In this document: piece by piece, positions 18,315 through 27,808 of the stretch
Position numbering within the stretch: the stretch's first letter is position 1
Layout of the letters: each line of letters opens with the position of its first letter
NCBI GenBank assembly: GCA_041641305.1
Contig: JBEPYN010000001.1
Span: 448,001 to 512,000, forward strand
Direction: 5' to 3'
DNA: 64,000 nucleotides
DNA from: Nitrososphaerota archaeon
GTDB lineage: Archaea > Thermoproteota > Nitrososphaeria_A > Caldarchaeales > Caldarchaeaceae
Notes under the pieces: model-generated
What the model was told of the DNA's origin: nothing
What the model saw: only the letters and a program-made list of their open reading frames with translations
The model's database searches: none
Position numbers and translations under genes: made by a program

Positions 18315-19523
18315 ATGCGGGAAAGGCTTTGGGCCTCTAGGCGGGTTGCTGTCCCCGGTATTGCTTTGGCTACTTTAGCGGGGTTGTTGGGGGTTTTGCT
18401 CGGAGCATTTTGGCTGCTGTCTTTGTCTGGCTCAAGAATGTTCACTGCGCTTGTCATCCATCATCCCAAGCTGGTGCTCTATGGCTTTGTCTACACCTTC
18501 ATAGCCTCTGTAGCTGCCATACTGGTTCCGAGGTTCAGAGATTTTTCTCCGCAAAAGTATGTGAAGACGCGGCAGGTTTCGGTCTCTCTTCTCGCAGGAG
18601 GAGTTCTGATGTCAGTTTTGGGATATCCTTTCAATGTTCTTGGATTTTTGCTGGCATGCCTTGGAGCCTTGGTGTTGACCTTCTACACCGTGAAGGTTGT
18701 TGGCAGGCCGAGAGGATATCTCGCCCCAGCCGACCCCTTAATTATTCTCTCGATGATTTTGATGCCTGTCACGATAGCGGTTCACGGCTGGCTTGAGCTA
18801 TCGGGTTTCAACCCGTTTTCTAGAGAAGGAATACTGCAGCTCGGATTGTATGGTGCACCGGCCTCCATGGTCTTCGGCATAGGCATCAAGACCGTCCGCT
18901 TCCGCATAGACACTCTATTGCGAAGAGGTTTATCATGGATGCTTACCCCCACACAGCTCCTCACCGTTTTTTCCGCATCAGCGGCAGTGGTCACCGGAAA
19001 CCATCTCTACGAAACGCTATCATCTGTGTTTTTTCTCGCATCAACGGTTTTGTGGATTTTTTCTGTCGATGCTTTTCACAGGGTCACGAGTGGGGTGTTG
19101 GTTGAAAGGATGGCGGAGAGAGATAAAGTGAGATATCTCTATTTCTCTATGGTATTTGTTATTGCCTCGGCTTGGCTCATAGCGGCCGCCTTATTTGGAC
19201 TGCTCACACAGCTAACGAGGGAAATTCATCCGATGACATGGTACCTTTTCAGGGACAGCTTCATTCACTCTTTAACGGTAGGCTTCATAGCAAACATGAT
19301 ACTGGCATATTCGCCGATAATTCTCCCCAGCCTCTTCACAGGCCGCATACCATACAAGGGCCTGAGCTATGTGCCAGCTATCTTATTGAACATAGGAAAT
19401 GTGGCTAGAGTGGGATGGTTTCTATCGGGAGCGTTTCCGAACGTACTACTCACAGCAGTGGTTGCAATCGTGTACATCGCCTCGATATTCCTGACATTAG
19501 CCATGATGCATAACCTACGTTAG
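18315..19523 (+). CDS. Polytopic membrane protein, NnrS/heme-copper-like
   Basis: About 12 TM; HPKLVLYGF and DSFIHSLTVGFIANMI His motifs, LLNIGNVARV. Confidence 0.55.
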   Translation: MRERLWASRRVAVPGIALATLAGLLGVLLGAFWLLSLSGSRMFTALVIHHPKLVLYGFVYTFIASVAAILVPRFRDFSPQKYVKTRQVSVSLLAGGVLMSVLGYPFNVLGFLLACLGALVLTFYTVKVVGRPRGYLAPADPLIILSMILMPVTIAVHGWLELSGFNPFSREGILQLGLYGAPASMVFGIGIKTVRFRIDTLLRRGLSWMLTPTQLLTVFSASAAVVTGNHLYETLSSVFFLASTVLWIFSVDAFHRVTSGVLVERMAERDKVRYLYFSMVFVIASAWLIAAALFGLLTQLTREIHPMTWYLFRDSFIHSLTVGFIANMILAYSPIILPSLFTGRIPYKGLSYVPAILLNIGNVARVGWFLSGAFPNVLLTAVVAIVYIASIFLTLAMMHNLR

Positions 19524-20056
19524 ATTTCGTCCGCGGCTTTCTCGAGCCTGTGATGCTCCTCCTCGCCTACCTCCCTCAGCTCCACCTCCTCATAGCATGC
19601 GTTGGCTTGGCCGATATCTTCTCCAGTGGCCACGTTCTCGCCCATGGGAAATAGAATATCGTTCTCTTTCGCAATGTGTTGTCTTATCAGCCCGATGTAG
19701 TCTTCGCAAACTGTCAACACCTTCTCCAGCCCCTGGCCCTCGTTGAAATATGTCTCGGCGGCTTTCTCCAAACGGCTTATAAGCTCTCGGCCCAATTGAT
19801 GCTCATATAACATCACTCCAATAGGCCCTCCATTCCGCGGTATCCCCCTCTTCTCCATGCATGGAAAAAGACACCGCTCCTCCTTGCCATGGTGGCATCT
19901 ATCAGTAAAAAGTTTCGCAAATTCTATAAACTTCTCGAGACTCTCGCGCTCGATACGCCCACTCAGACGCCATTCCACAACTCTGTTCTCAAGCCGAGCC
20001 ACAGCTCTCAAAATAACCTCATGATCTTTCAACAGAGAACTTGTTAAACTCTCCAA
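19520..20056 (-). CDS. Hemerythrin (HHE) domain protein
   Basis: DHEVI, CHHGKEERCLFP, EHQLGR, QHIAKENDILFP; start set at TTG 20056 (TATA TTTATA about 26 nt upstream). Confidence 0.9.
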   Translation of the reverse strand: MESLTSSLLKDHEVILRAVARLENRVVEWRLSGRIERESLEKFIEFAKLFTDRCHHGKEERCLFPCMEKRGIPRNGGPIGVMLYEHQLGRELISRLEKAAETYFNEGQGLEKVLTVCEDYIGLIRQHIAKENDILFPMGENVATGEDIGQANACYEEVELREVGEEEHHRLEKAADEI

Positions 20057-20148
20057 GGTATCATGCAGTAGTTTCCGCACGATATAAATCAGTCGCGGCA
20101 AGCCTCCAACCCATTTTTTTCTGAATAGTCATGTCTATGCTCCGAAGC

Positions 20149-20285
20149 TTAAACAGGCTCTATGTTGCATTTGATTATGCCTTTTTCATATGGTTTCGTC
20201 GCGTGTTTTATACCCCTATTTGTGTATTATGACTTAGCTTAATAGACGCATTGGGGTGACTCGGGCCGGCTCCCGACACCCAGCA
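20149..20285 (-). pseudogene. Degenerate duplicate of the 3' 140 bp of the gene at 23857-24426
   Basis: GGCTCTATGTTGCATTTGATTATGCC...CTCCCGACACCCAGCA aligns by eye with 23857-23996, with small indels. Confidence 0.9.
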
Positions 20286-20397
20286 TCTAGAGGAGTGCAG
20301 AGAAACTTAACAAACGCACAAGGGCGAGACATGCTGCAGTACTTTTAATCAATGGAGCTTTTTATCATCTAAATATAGGTCTGTAGGGTTTACTGGT

Positions 20398-20970
20398 GTG
20401 GGGTTTGCTGAGTTTATCCGAGATGTTTTGCGGCATGGTGATGTGGGGAAGGTTTTCGCCGTATCTTCGGCTGTTTTTGCGCTGGTTTATGTCTTCGGGG
20501 TTGGAATGGTTTTCCAGCTTCCGTTTGCGCTTCCTCCATCTTTTACCACTCCTTCGGTTGATGTGGTGTTGGATGGGCCGCTGGGACAAGTTCCATTGGT
20601 GACAATTTACGTTAACAGCCGCTGGGCTTTCTCCTTCAACCCCGAGGCTCTCACAGCCTTAACCGCTTTGTCGATATTGTTTGGCTTAAGCATGGCTGCC
20701 ACACTCTACGCAGGGAGATGCTCAGCATGCAACGTAGCCAAAAGAATACATCTATCTTGGGCTGCTGTGCTCCCCTCATTTTTCAGCTTCTTCACATGCT
20801 GCGGAGGAGGAGTAGTATCAAGCATCTTAATCGCATTAGGCATGGGTCTCTCGCTGCTGCAGGACTACGGCAGACTGTTCACCATAGCTTCGGCCTCGGC
20901 TCTTGCCGCAAACCTATACATCACCTATAGAAGAGTTGCGCGAGTGTCTAGAACATTCCATAAAATATAG
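20398..20970 (+). CDS. Membrane protein with CxxC and Cys-Cys motifs (putative metal-binding)
   Basis: About 4-5 TM, RCSAC and FTCCGGG. Confidence 0.65.
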   Translation: MGFAEFIRDVLRHGDVGKVFAVSSAVFALVYVFGVGMVFQLPFALPPSFTTPSVDVVLDGPLGQVPLVTIYVNSRWAFSFNPEALTALTALSILFGLSMAATLYAGRCSACNVAKRIHLSWAAVLPSFFSFFTCCGGGVVSSILIALGMGLSLLQDYGRLFTIASASALAANLYITYRRVARVSRTFHKI

Positions 20971-21037
20971 TAGGTCACACAAGATTTGCAACATTTCAGA
21001 TTTTTGTTGAGAGGAAATAACTTTTGATGTGCCGCGG

Positions 21038-21988
21038 TTAACCTGCAGTCAACATATCTGCAATCCGGAGCCAGTCGTCCTCTGTTAGAGTCCCAAACCT
21101 TTTCTCATAAACTATGCTGCCGTCAACAGATATGCCGAAAACGGTTTCCTGGCTTATCACCCGCAGAGAAACAAGGAAGTCGACGTTGGGTAGTGTTACT
21201 ATCCAGTCGCTGTGTGCGTTGTGCTGTTCGAGAAATCGCGTTATTTTTTCAACAGTGTCTCCTGGGTCGAAGCTTGACAAAAAAACGGTCACCTTCTCTC
21301 TCATTGACTCATAGGCTCTACTGAGTGTTGTAATGTTTTTGCTGCAGGTCGGACACCAAGTCGCGAAGAAAACGAGCACCAATGGTTTACCTCTTTTGAG
21401 AGCCTCTGAAACCGTGGTTACGTTGTTGTGCAAGGTTTTCAGAGGTATGTTGAAGGCATTGTGGACATCACTAACCTCACTATGCTGATGGCCCTCCTGC
21501 TTTTCCCCATCGGTAAACTTTTTTAACACCACATCCCACCCCATCACCTCTCCACCAAACTTACCACCAAAGTCCAGAGCATCTGAGAAGGATTTGAACG
21601 CAATAACCCCGTGTCTCATAGGTGTCATGACAGACGAGCCCTTCACATACCATGCGACTTTTGCATCAACCTTCTCTGACGACAAATAGTCGTAAACGGC
21701 CGCTCGCTTTACCTCCGCGTTCTTAACCATGTTCTGAACAGGTGGAATAATCCCCATGTGGGATAGGTAATGTATCATCATGCATCCAACGTCGTCGTAG
21801 AAAAGGGTCTGATTGTCTACGATGAGTTCGGCGGCAAACCTCAGGTCCCTGATTTCCATTCCACAGTAGCTGCAGCTTCTTCCGATGGGGCCAGGTTCGT
21901 CAGCCACCGGAGAGGTTCTTAAAAAAACGATTGAGACTACAGCCGTGGCCAGACAAGCTGAAGCAGCGAGAAAAAGCCTTCTCTTCAA
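21038..21988 (-). CDS. NosL-type copper chaperone fused to TlpA-like redoxin
   Basis: Signal anchor; CSYCGMEI, FYDDVGCM, TPMRHGVIAF (NosL); FFATWCPTC thioredoxin fold. Confidence 0.85.
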   Translation of the reverse strand: MKRRLFLAASACLATAVVSIVFLRTSPVADEPGPIGRSCSYCGMEIRDLRFAAELIVDNQTLFYDDVGCMMIHYLSHMGIIPPVQNMVKNAEVKRAAVYDYLSSEKVDAKVAWYVKGSSVMTPMRHGVIAFKSFSDALDFGGKFGGEVMGWDVVLKKFTDGEKQEGHQHSEVSDVHNAFNIPLKTLHNNVTTVSEALKRGKPLVLVFFATWCPTCSKNITTLSRAYESMREKVTVFLSSFDPGDTVEKITRFLEQHNAHSDWIVTLPNVDFLVSLRVISQETVFGISVDGSIVYEKRFGTLTEDDWLRIADMLTAG

Positions 21989-22045
21989 GACAGTCTACTA
22001 CCTTCGCCACCGCTTTACTCGGCAGAACATGGACAAGTCAGCGCG

Positions 22046-23059
22046 TTACTCTTCAATGATGATTAACCCTATCATCCCCGCGTCGGCGTGGCTAACCACA
22101 TGGCAGTGGAATAAGTAAACACCTGGCTTGTTGTATACAAGGATGACTGTGTCGGCGGCGCCCGGTACGAGGGGCACAATCTGCGCTGGCCAACTTCTTC
22201 CACCCAGCACATACTGTGAGCGATGGTCTCCCACATGGGCGTGGAAGCTGTGGAAAAGGTCCCCTATGTTGATTATGTGGAACCTAAGCCTCTCACCGAG
22301 CTTGGCCTTGAAGACGGGCAGCGACTTGTTGAAGAGCTGCGAAACCCCCTGTAACCCCTTGAGCTGTGGGTAAATTGTGCTCTTGCCCAAGAACACCTTC
22401 TCAAGCTCCGGCTCACCGCCTGGGACACCCATGCTGTTCATGATGTAGAAGGGACGTGGACCTGTGCCTACAATAGCTCCTCTCACCGCAGGTGTTTCAG
22501 CCATGAAGACCACAAAGTTCCGGGAAGGCGGCTCATCTATCTCGTCAACGATTATGGCCCCGTACAATCCCATAAGCATATGGTCAACAATCCTTAGGCC
22601 TCCGTCGGCTGAGTGACAGTGGTAGTACCATATGCCTGCCTTAGTCGCTGGCCATTCGTAAACCCATTCACCGCCCGGGGGAATCATCGAGCCAGCTCCA
22701 ACTCCGGTGATTATGTTTACCTGGCTGCCGTCATGCTGAAGGTCATAATATGGGAGATGTGGGTGGAGACTGTGGGTTAGATTAAGCCTGTTGATGGCCC
22801 TGACCCTGATGATATCACCTACCTTCGCGTAAAGAGTCGGGCCAGGAACTGTTCCGTTATAGGTCCACGCATGCCAGACGACGCCGGGAGCCAACTCTAT
22901 TTCAGCAGGCTCTATAATGATGGTGTACTCTCTAATGTTGGCCTGCTGTGCCACGCCGAAAAGATTCGGAAACCATGTCGGTGCCCAAAAGATGGCTGTT
23001 GCATAACCCATCAAAAAGCCTGCAGCAATCAACGCAGCCAGTATATATGCGGCTCTCAT
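22046..23059 (-). CDS. Membrane-anchored two-domain multicopper oxidase
   Basis: WTYNGTVPGP, HSLHPH, WYYHCH..DHMLMGLYG, FHSFHAH, YLFHCHVVSHADAGM; start set at ATG 23059 (TATA about 25 nt upstream). Confidence 0.9.
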   Translation of the reverse strand: MRAAYILAALIAAGFLMGYATAIFWAPTWFPNLFGVAQQANIREYTIIIEPAEIELAPGVVWHAWTYNGTVPGPTLYAKVGDIIRVRAINRLNLTHSLHPHLPYYDLQHDGSQVNIITGVGAGSMIPPGGEWVYEWPATKAGIWYYHCHSADGGLRIVDHMLMGLYGAIIVDEIDEPPSRNFVVFMAETPAVRGAIVGTGPRPFYIMNSMGVPGGEPELEKVFLGKSTIYPQLKGLQGVSQLFNKSLPVFKAKLGERLRFHIINIGDLFHSFHAHVGDHRSQYVLGGRSWPAQIVPLVPGAADTVILVYNKPGVYLFHCHVVSHADAGMIGLIIIEE

Positions 23060-23122
23060 GGTTCGGGCGAATAAAGGCTCCGATATAATCTTAAGCACGG
23101 GAAATAGACATAAATGCTAAAA

Positions 23123-23142
23123 AACCCTTACATATGAGGGTT
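23123..23142. promoter_or_regulatory. Palindromic putative operator AACCCTTACATATGAGGGTT
   Basis: AACCCT-N8-AGGGTT inverted repeat between divergent MCO and HTH regulator genes. Confidence 0.6.
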
Positions 23143-23147
23143 CAATA

Positions 23148-23762
23148 ATGGAGGAGGCCGTCCTCAGGCTCAGGGTCGAGTGCCCAACCATCGCTGAGAT
23201 AATGAAGTATTCCTCATCGGTTGAAATTTTGAGCTGCAAACCCTTTAACAACTCCGACGGCACCAGCACGATCCTAACTTTTAGAACCAAATTGTCTACC
23301 TCACAGCTACAAACACATTTTCAGAGCAACCCCCAAGTGTTGGAGGCGCAGTTCAGAAAAATAGGTCGTGAAGGAGGAGTTGCAGTAGTCACATCCTTCA
23401 AATGTCCCTGCACAAAAACGGGAATACTAAACACCCATGTCCTCTCCATAAAAAAGGACGGAAACTGGATAACCTTTCACATAGTTTTCATCAACAAACA
23501 GGAGAAGGAGAAGATTATAAGGAACATTGACGCAACAGGAATAAAATACGAGCTTGAGACAACAAGATTCTTCACCACAAAAAATATTCTAACCACTAAA
23601 CAGGAGGCGGTTTTAAGACACGCCCTAGAAAAAGGCTTCTTCAGGCATCCAAGACCCATGAACATCACTCAAATGGCGAAACACTTCGGCGTTTCAGCCT
23701 CATCCTATACCGAAACGCTGAAAAAAGCATTAGAGAAAATAGTTGCGAAAGTTCTTTTTTGA
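23148..23762 (+). CDS. Bacterio-opsin-activator-type (HTH_10) transcriptional regulator
   Basis: LTTKQEAVLRHALEKGFFRHPRPMNITQMAKHFGVSASSYTETLKKALEK; N-terminal Cys residues (EC, SC, CPC). Confidence 0.85.
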   Translation: MEEAVLRLRVECPTIAEIMKYSSSVEILSCKPFNNSDGTSTILTFRTKLSTSQLQTHFQSNPQVLEAQFRKIGREGGVAVVTSFKCPCTKTGILNTHVLSIKKDGNWITFHIVFINKQEKEKIIRNIDATGIKYELETTRFFTTKNILTTKQEAVLRHALEKGFFRHPRPMNITQMAKHFGVSASSYTETLKKALEKIVAKVLF

Positions 23763-23856
23763 CAGCTGCTTTCAAGCTCTTTCACAGATCTAAAGATAAC
23801 CTCTGTAGACCGTAACTGTTTATTACTACAAGCTTGCCAAATGGGGAGTTGCTGAG

Positions 23857-24426
23857 CTATAGCGGCTCTATGTCGCATTTGATGATGCCTTTTCCTATGG
23901 TTTCGTTGCGTGTTTTGTACCCGTATTCGTGTATTATGGCTTTGAAGGCTTCGTAGACGCATTGGGTTGACTCGGGCCTGCTCCCGACACCCAGCACCGC
24001 TATCTCATATTGCTTCATCTGCTTCATCTTAACCTCGAGACGCTTAAGTGGAAAGAACTGCCCCACAGTTTTCGCGAGGTCGAAAAGCTCCTCGATACTT
24101 GTAGCATAGACCTTGAGCACTTTGCCAACATCTCTTCCAAGCTGTCTGAACCTTTCAAGAAGCTTCTCCCTGTTCACCATGTATAGGTCTGCTATCAGCA
24201 TGTCCATAAACTCGGAAGGCAGAACCACCGCGTCCAAATCCTTCAAGAGAACATGTGCCCTGAAAAGTGCTTTTACATCCTGAGGCTCGATGTTTTCCTT
24301 CATCATTTCCACGAAGGTTTGGAGAATCTGGTTGGTCAATGAATAAAGTGTCATGTGCTTAGCTTCAGCAAGTTTTGACAGTGATTCAGCTATTTGGGCG
24401 TCGACGGCGAGGGAGGCTCTAACCAT
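23857..24426 (-). CDS. Hypothetical protein with N-terminal ribbon-helix-helix-like DNA-binding region
   Basis: RASLAVDAQIAESLSKLAEAKHMTLYSLTNQIL pattern. Confidence 0.6.
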   Translation of the reverse strand: MVRASLAVDAQIAESLSKLAEAKHMTLYSLTNQILQTFVEMMKENIEPQDVKALFRAHVLLKDLDAVVLPSEFMDMLIADLYMVNREKLLERFRQLGRDVGKVLKVYATSIEELFDLAKTVGQFFPLKRLEVKMKQMKQYEIAVLGVGSRPESTQCVYEAFKAIIHEYGYKTRNETIGKGIIKCDIEPL

Positions 24427-24457
24427 AGTGCCGACCTATACCCATGGTCTATTAAGC

Positions 24458-25717
24458 TTAACGGGTGAATATTTGATGAAAACGCAGCGACTTTTCGAAG
24501 GTTATTTCCTCGAAGTTGATGCCTAGTGACCGGGCGTAGCGGTATGACTCCAATATCTCCTCTTCTGTTGGATAACGTGCCATATCGCTGTATCTTTTGT
24601 CGAAACGTGGATCGGATGGGTTGCAGTAGCAGTCTGGGTGATACTGGTCCATGATATTGACAGGTGTGTCGGGCATGTTCTCGGCTATCCATCGGAGCGC
24701 CGGCTTGGTGCAGCATTCCACGTGACCCGGCATAACTAGGTGCCTGATTACAATGTCCTCGCCCCAATCATATATCAGCTTATGGTTTTGTGTAACCGTC
24801 TCCAAATACCATGGTGTTCTCGAGAGCCAGATAGCGCATTTGTCGTTCCCGAATTTGAAGTCGGGCAGCCAGATGTCGACGATTTCGCGGAGTATTTTCA
24901 TCGTTTCGCCGCTCATGTACATGTTTGAGTTCCAGAGGATGGGGATGTTGAACTCGCCTTCGTAGAAGGCGTTTCTTGTGTCGAGGCTGTAGGGATAGTA
25001 GATGTCCGCCTTGGCGTCCATAGCCTCCGTATATGTTTCTTTGAAAAATCTGAGCATGCTTATGGCTTCGACGATGGTGTGGAGATGTATGGTTGGTTCT
25101 CCGCCGACGAGGTTGATATTGTGACATCCCTCCATACGGAGTTGCCACATGGCCCACGCCAACATCTGAGGTGTGAAGACTATGCCGTTGTCCTTGTCAT
25201 GCGATATGTCAGCGTTTTGGCAGAATACGCACCGCATGTTGCATGATGTGAAGAATATTGTTCCGGACCCTTTTGTACCCCTTATCGGAAGCTCCTCGCC
25301 CCTGTGGTGAAAATAGCTTGAGACACGTGTGACTGATTCGAGCTGGCAAGTCCCATGTTTGCCGCCTGCCGCCCTGTCAACCCGACAGTTCCAGCGGCAG
25401 AAGTTACAGTGCCTAAGCATCTTTTTAACCAACGCAACTTTGACATCGAGGAAACTGGGCTTTTCTACCCTCAGCTCTTTAAATGAGATCGCCCCTTCCC
25501 TAATCCCTTTGCGGATCCTGTGGAATTCTTCAGCCGCTCTGTCATGTAGGCGCCAGAGCTCCTCCTCCGTCAACCCGTCCAGCTCATCACCGACGGGGAT
25601 GCGCCGGCATATCAGATACTTCGCCGGCAACCTGTTCACCGACACCTGGAAATACCAGTCAAGCTTATTCCGTATCTCCGGTGTTCTCCAGACAGACAGA
25701 GACTCGAAGGCCGCCAT
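24458..25717 (-). CDS. Radical SAM protein, PflX family
   Basis: CNFCRWNCRVDR, SGTIFFTSCNMRCVFCQN, INLVGGEPT, WLPDFKFGN, VNIMDQYHP. Confidence 0.88.
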   Translation of the reverse strand: MAAFESLSVWRTPEIRNKLDWYFQVSVNRLPAKYLICRRIPVGDELDGLTEEELWRLHDRAAEEFHRIRKGIREGAISFKELRVEKPSFLDVKVALVKKMLRHCNFCRWNCRVDRAAGGKHGTCQLESVTRVSSYFHHRGEELPIRGTKGSGTIFFTSCNMRCVFCQNADISHDKDNGIVFTPQMLAWAMWQLRMEGCHNINLVGGEPTIHLHTIVEAISMLRFFKETYTEAMDAKADIYYPYSLDTRNAFYEGEFNIPILWNSNMYMSGETMKILREIVDIWLPDFKFGNDKCAIWLSRTPWYLETVTQNHKLIYDWGEDIVIRHLVMPGHVECCTKPALRWIAENMPDTPVNIMDQYHPDCYCNPSDPRFDKRYSDMARYPTEEEILESYRYARSLGINFEEITFEKSLRFHQIFTR

Positions 25718-25779
25718 TCCAACAATGTGTTAGCTTCGGTGAACTTATGCTTTTATCCAGCCAGGGGTAACACGGCCCC

Positions 25780-26799
25780 ATGTACACGGTCAGCGTCATA
25801 AAAGGTGATGGCATAGGGCCGCATATTGTTGAGGAGACTTGTCGTCTTGTAGGTTGGCTTTGCCAAAGTCTGGGTGTTGAGCTGGAGTTTACCGATGCTC
25901 CTGCGGGTGACACGGTCAAAGAGGCTACGGGCTCTGCTCTGCCACCAGAGTCGCTGGAGACGATCATGAAGAGTGACGCGTGCCTGAAAGGCCCCGTCGG
26001 AGAAACCGCGAGAGACGTGATCGTTTACCTAAGGCAGAGGCTGGATCTTTACGCCAACATCAGGCCTTTCAAGAACATGCCCGGCGTCAAGAGCAAATGG
26101 ACCGGTGTTGACTTCGTGATCGTGAGGGAGAACACTGAAGATGTCTACAAATCTGTTGAAGATGTTGGCGTAGATTATGCCGTTGCGCTGCTGATTGTTT
26201 CGCGGCGTGCGGCCGAGAGAATCGCACGTGTTGCCTTCGAAATGGCTGAGACGAGGAGACGTAAAGTGACTGTTGTCCATAAGAGTAATGTGGTCAGGGC
26301 TTACGGATTTTTCCGCGACATCTGCTTTGAGGTTGCCAAGAATTACCGCGATGTGGTTGTCGAAGAGATGTATGTGGATAATGCCGCTTATCAGATGGTT
26401 TTGAACCCTCATCAGTTCGACGTAATACTCACACCCAACATGTTTGGGGACATTTTGAGCGACCTGGCAGCTGGTGTGGTCGGCACGATTGGTGTTGCTG
26501 GGTCGGCAAACGTCGGCGACCGCTTCGGTTTATTTGAGCCTGTTCACGGCTCCGCTCCAACACTAAACCCTGAGCAGGCCAACCCGACTGGACAATTACT
26601 CGCGGCGAAGATGATGCTAGACTGGTTGGGCCGCTTCAAAGTGGAAAAGCGTTTGACAGAGGCTGGAGAGATTCTCGAAAAAGCGGTGTACAGTGTATTG
26701 GCGGAGGGTCGTGCCCTAACTATGGACCTCGGCGGCTCGGCTACATGCAGTCAATTTGTTGAAGAGGTGCGGAAAAAAGCCGAGGCTCTCCTTAGGTGA
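25780..26799 (+). CDS. Isocitrate/isopropylmalate dehydrogenase family (LeuB/AksF-like)
   Basis: [40 protein letters not shown]; substrate not resolvable. Confidence 0.9.
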   Translation: MYTVSVIKGDGIGPHIVEETCRLVGWLCQSLGVELEFTDAPAGDTVKEATGSALPPESLETIMKSDACLKGPVGETARDVIVYLRQRLDLYANIRPFKNMPGVKSKWTGVDFVIVRENTEDVYKSVEDVGVDYAVALLIVSRRAAERIARVAFEMAETRRRKVTVVHKSNVVRAYGFFRDICFEVAKNYRDVVVEEMYVDNAAYQMVLNPHQFDVILTPNMFGDILSDLAAGVVGTIGVAGSANVGDRFGLFEPVHGSAPTLNPEQANPTGQLLAAKMMLDWLGRFKVEKRLTEAGEILEKAVYSVLAEGRALTMDLGGSATCSQFVEEVRKKAEALLR

Positions 26800-26805
26800 G
26801 GGCCT

Positions 26806-27789
26806 GTGGTCGCAGGAGTTTTCGAGGCGCCAGCCAGCTCAGCCAACCTCGGGCCCGGATACGATGTTTTCTCCCTGGCCCTGGGGAAGCCTAGGCTGAG
26901 GCTCGGCATCGTAGCCGAGGACAGCGACGAATTTGAGGTTATGATTAAAGCTACTGGAAAATACGGATCGGAAATACCTACAAACCCCGATGAGAACGCC
27001 GCAGCAAAAGCAGCCGAAGCTGTGCTACGCTATAAAAAGATAAGGAAAAAACTGTCAATAACCATAGATGCATCTATTCCACCTCGGAAGGGACTTGGAG
27101 CAAGCGGGGCAGAGGCAGCGGCCGCAGTGTATGGGCTTAACACTCTGCTTGGATTGGGGCTGACGAGGGAGGAAATGGTTGAACTTGCTTCAGCGGCCGA
27201 GCCTGGGCAACATGCGGACAACGTCGCGGCATCTCTTCTAGGAGGGTTTGTCATAACACATAGAGACGAATTCGGGTTTAGCGTCCTCTCACTGAAACCG
27301 CCCGAAAACCTCGGAATCGTGCTGATAATACCTGATGTCAAAAAAAAGTCGACCGCCGCAGCGAGAAAAGCTGTTCCGCAAAATATTGCAACTTCTGTTC
27401 ACGTCAGGATAGCGGCGGAGACCGCTCTCGCGGCCGCGGCGATGGCCCAAGGTGATGTTGACCTTTTTCTAAGAGCTGTTCTCATGGACCCGTTTGTCGA
27501 GCCTGCGAGAGCCGATGCAGGGGTTTACGGCAGTGGCTACACTGCTCAGAAACTTTTACAGGAGAAGCAAGAGCTATACAGAAGGTTTGGCGTTTCACTG
27601 GTTATAAGCGGGGCGGGGCCTTCACGCCTGATTCTGTTTAACAGGACAAGAAACATGGGAAAAGTGGGGGAGAGGCCCGTGGACAAAGCTTTGGAGAAAG
27701 TGGTTCAGGGGCTGGATGAAGATGAAATACGCGTTCTTGAAATATTTGAAACTTTTCCAAACACAACAGGATGTGTAAAAATTTCCTGA
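26806..27789 (+). CDS. thrB: Homoserine kinase
   Basis: APASSANLGPGYD, IPPRKGLGASGA, HADNVAASLLGG, ISGAGPS. Confidence 0.92.
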   Translation: MVAGVFEAPASSANLGPGYDVFSLALGKPRLRLGIVAEDSDEFEVMIKATGKYGSEIPTNPDENAAAKAAEAVLRYKKIRKKLSITIDASIPPRKGLGASGAEAAAAVYGLNTLLGLGLTREEMVELASAAEPGQHADNVAASLLGGFVITHRDEFGFSVLSLKPPENLGIVLIIPDVKKKSTAAARKAVPQNIATSVHVRIAAETALAAAAMAQGDVDLFLRAVLMDPFVEPARADAGVYGSGYTAQKLLQEKQELYRRFGVSLVISGAGPSRLILFNRTRNMGKVGERPVDKALEKVVQGLDEDEIRVLEIFETFPNTTGCVKIS

Positions 27790-27808
27790 AAAAGACGCGT
27801 TCGGTCTT

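Noticed and set aside
22046-23059. Annotation as copper nitrite reductase NirK
   Set aside because: Lacks the catalytic Asp motif and has the full trinuclear-cluster HxH set
18198-24000. Provirus or integrative element at tRNA-Asp
   Set aside because: No integrase, viral genes or duplicated tRNA 3' end seen
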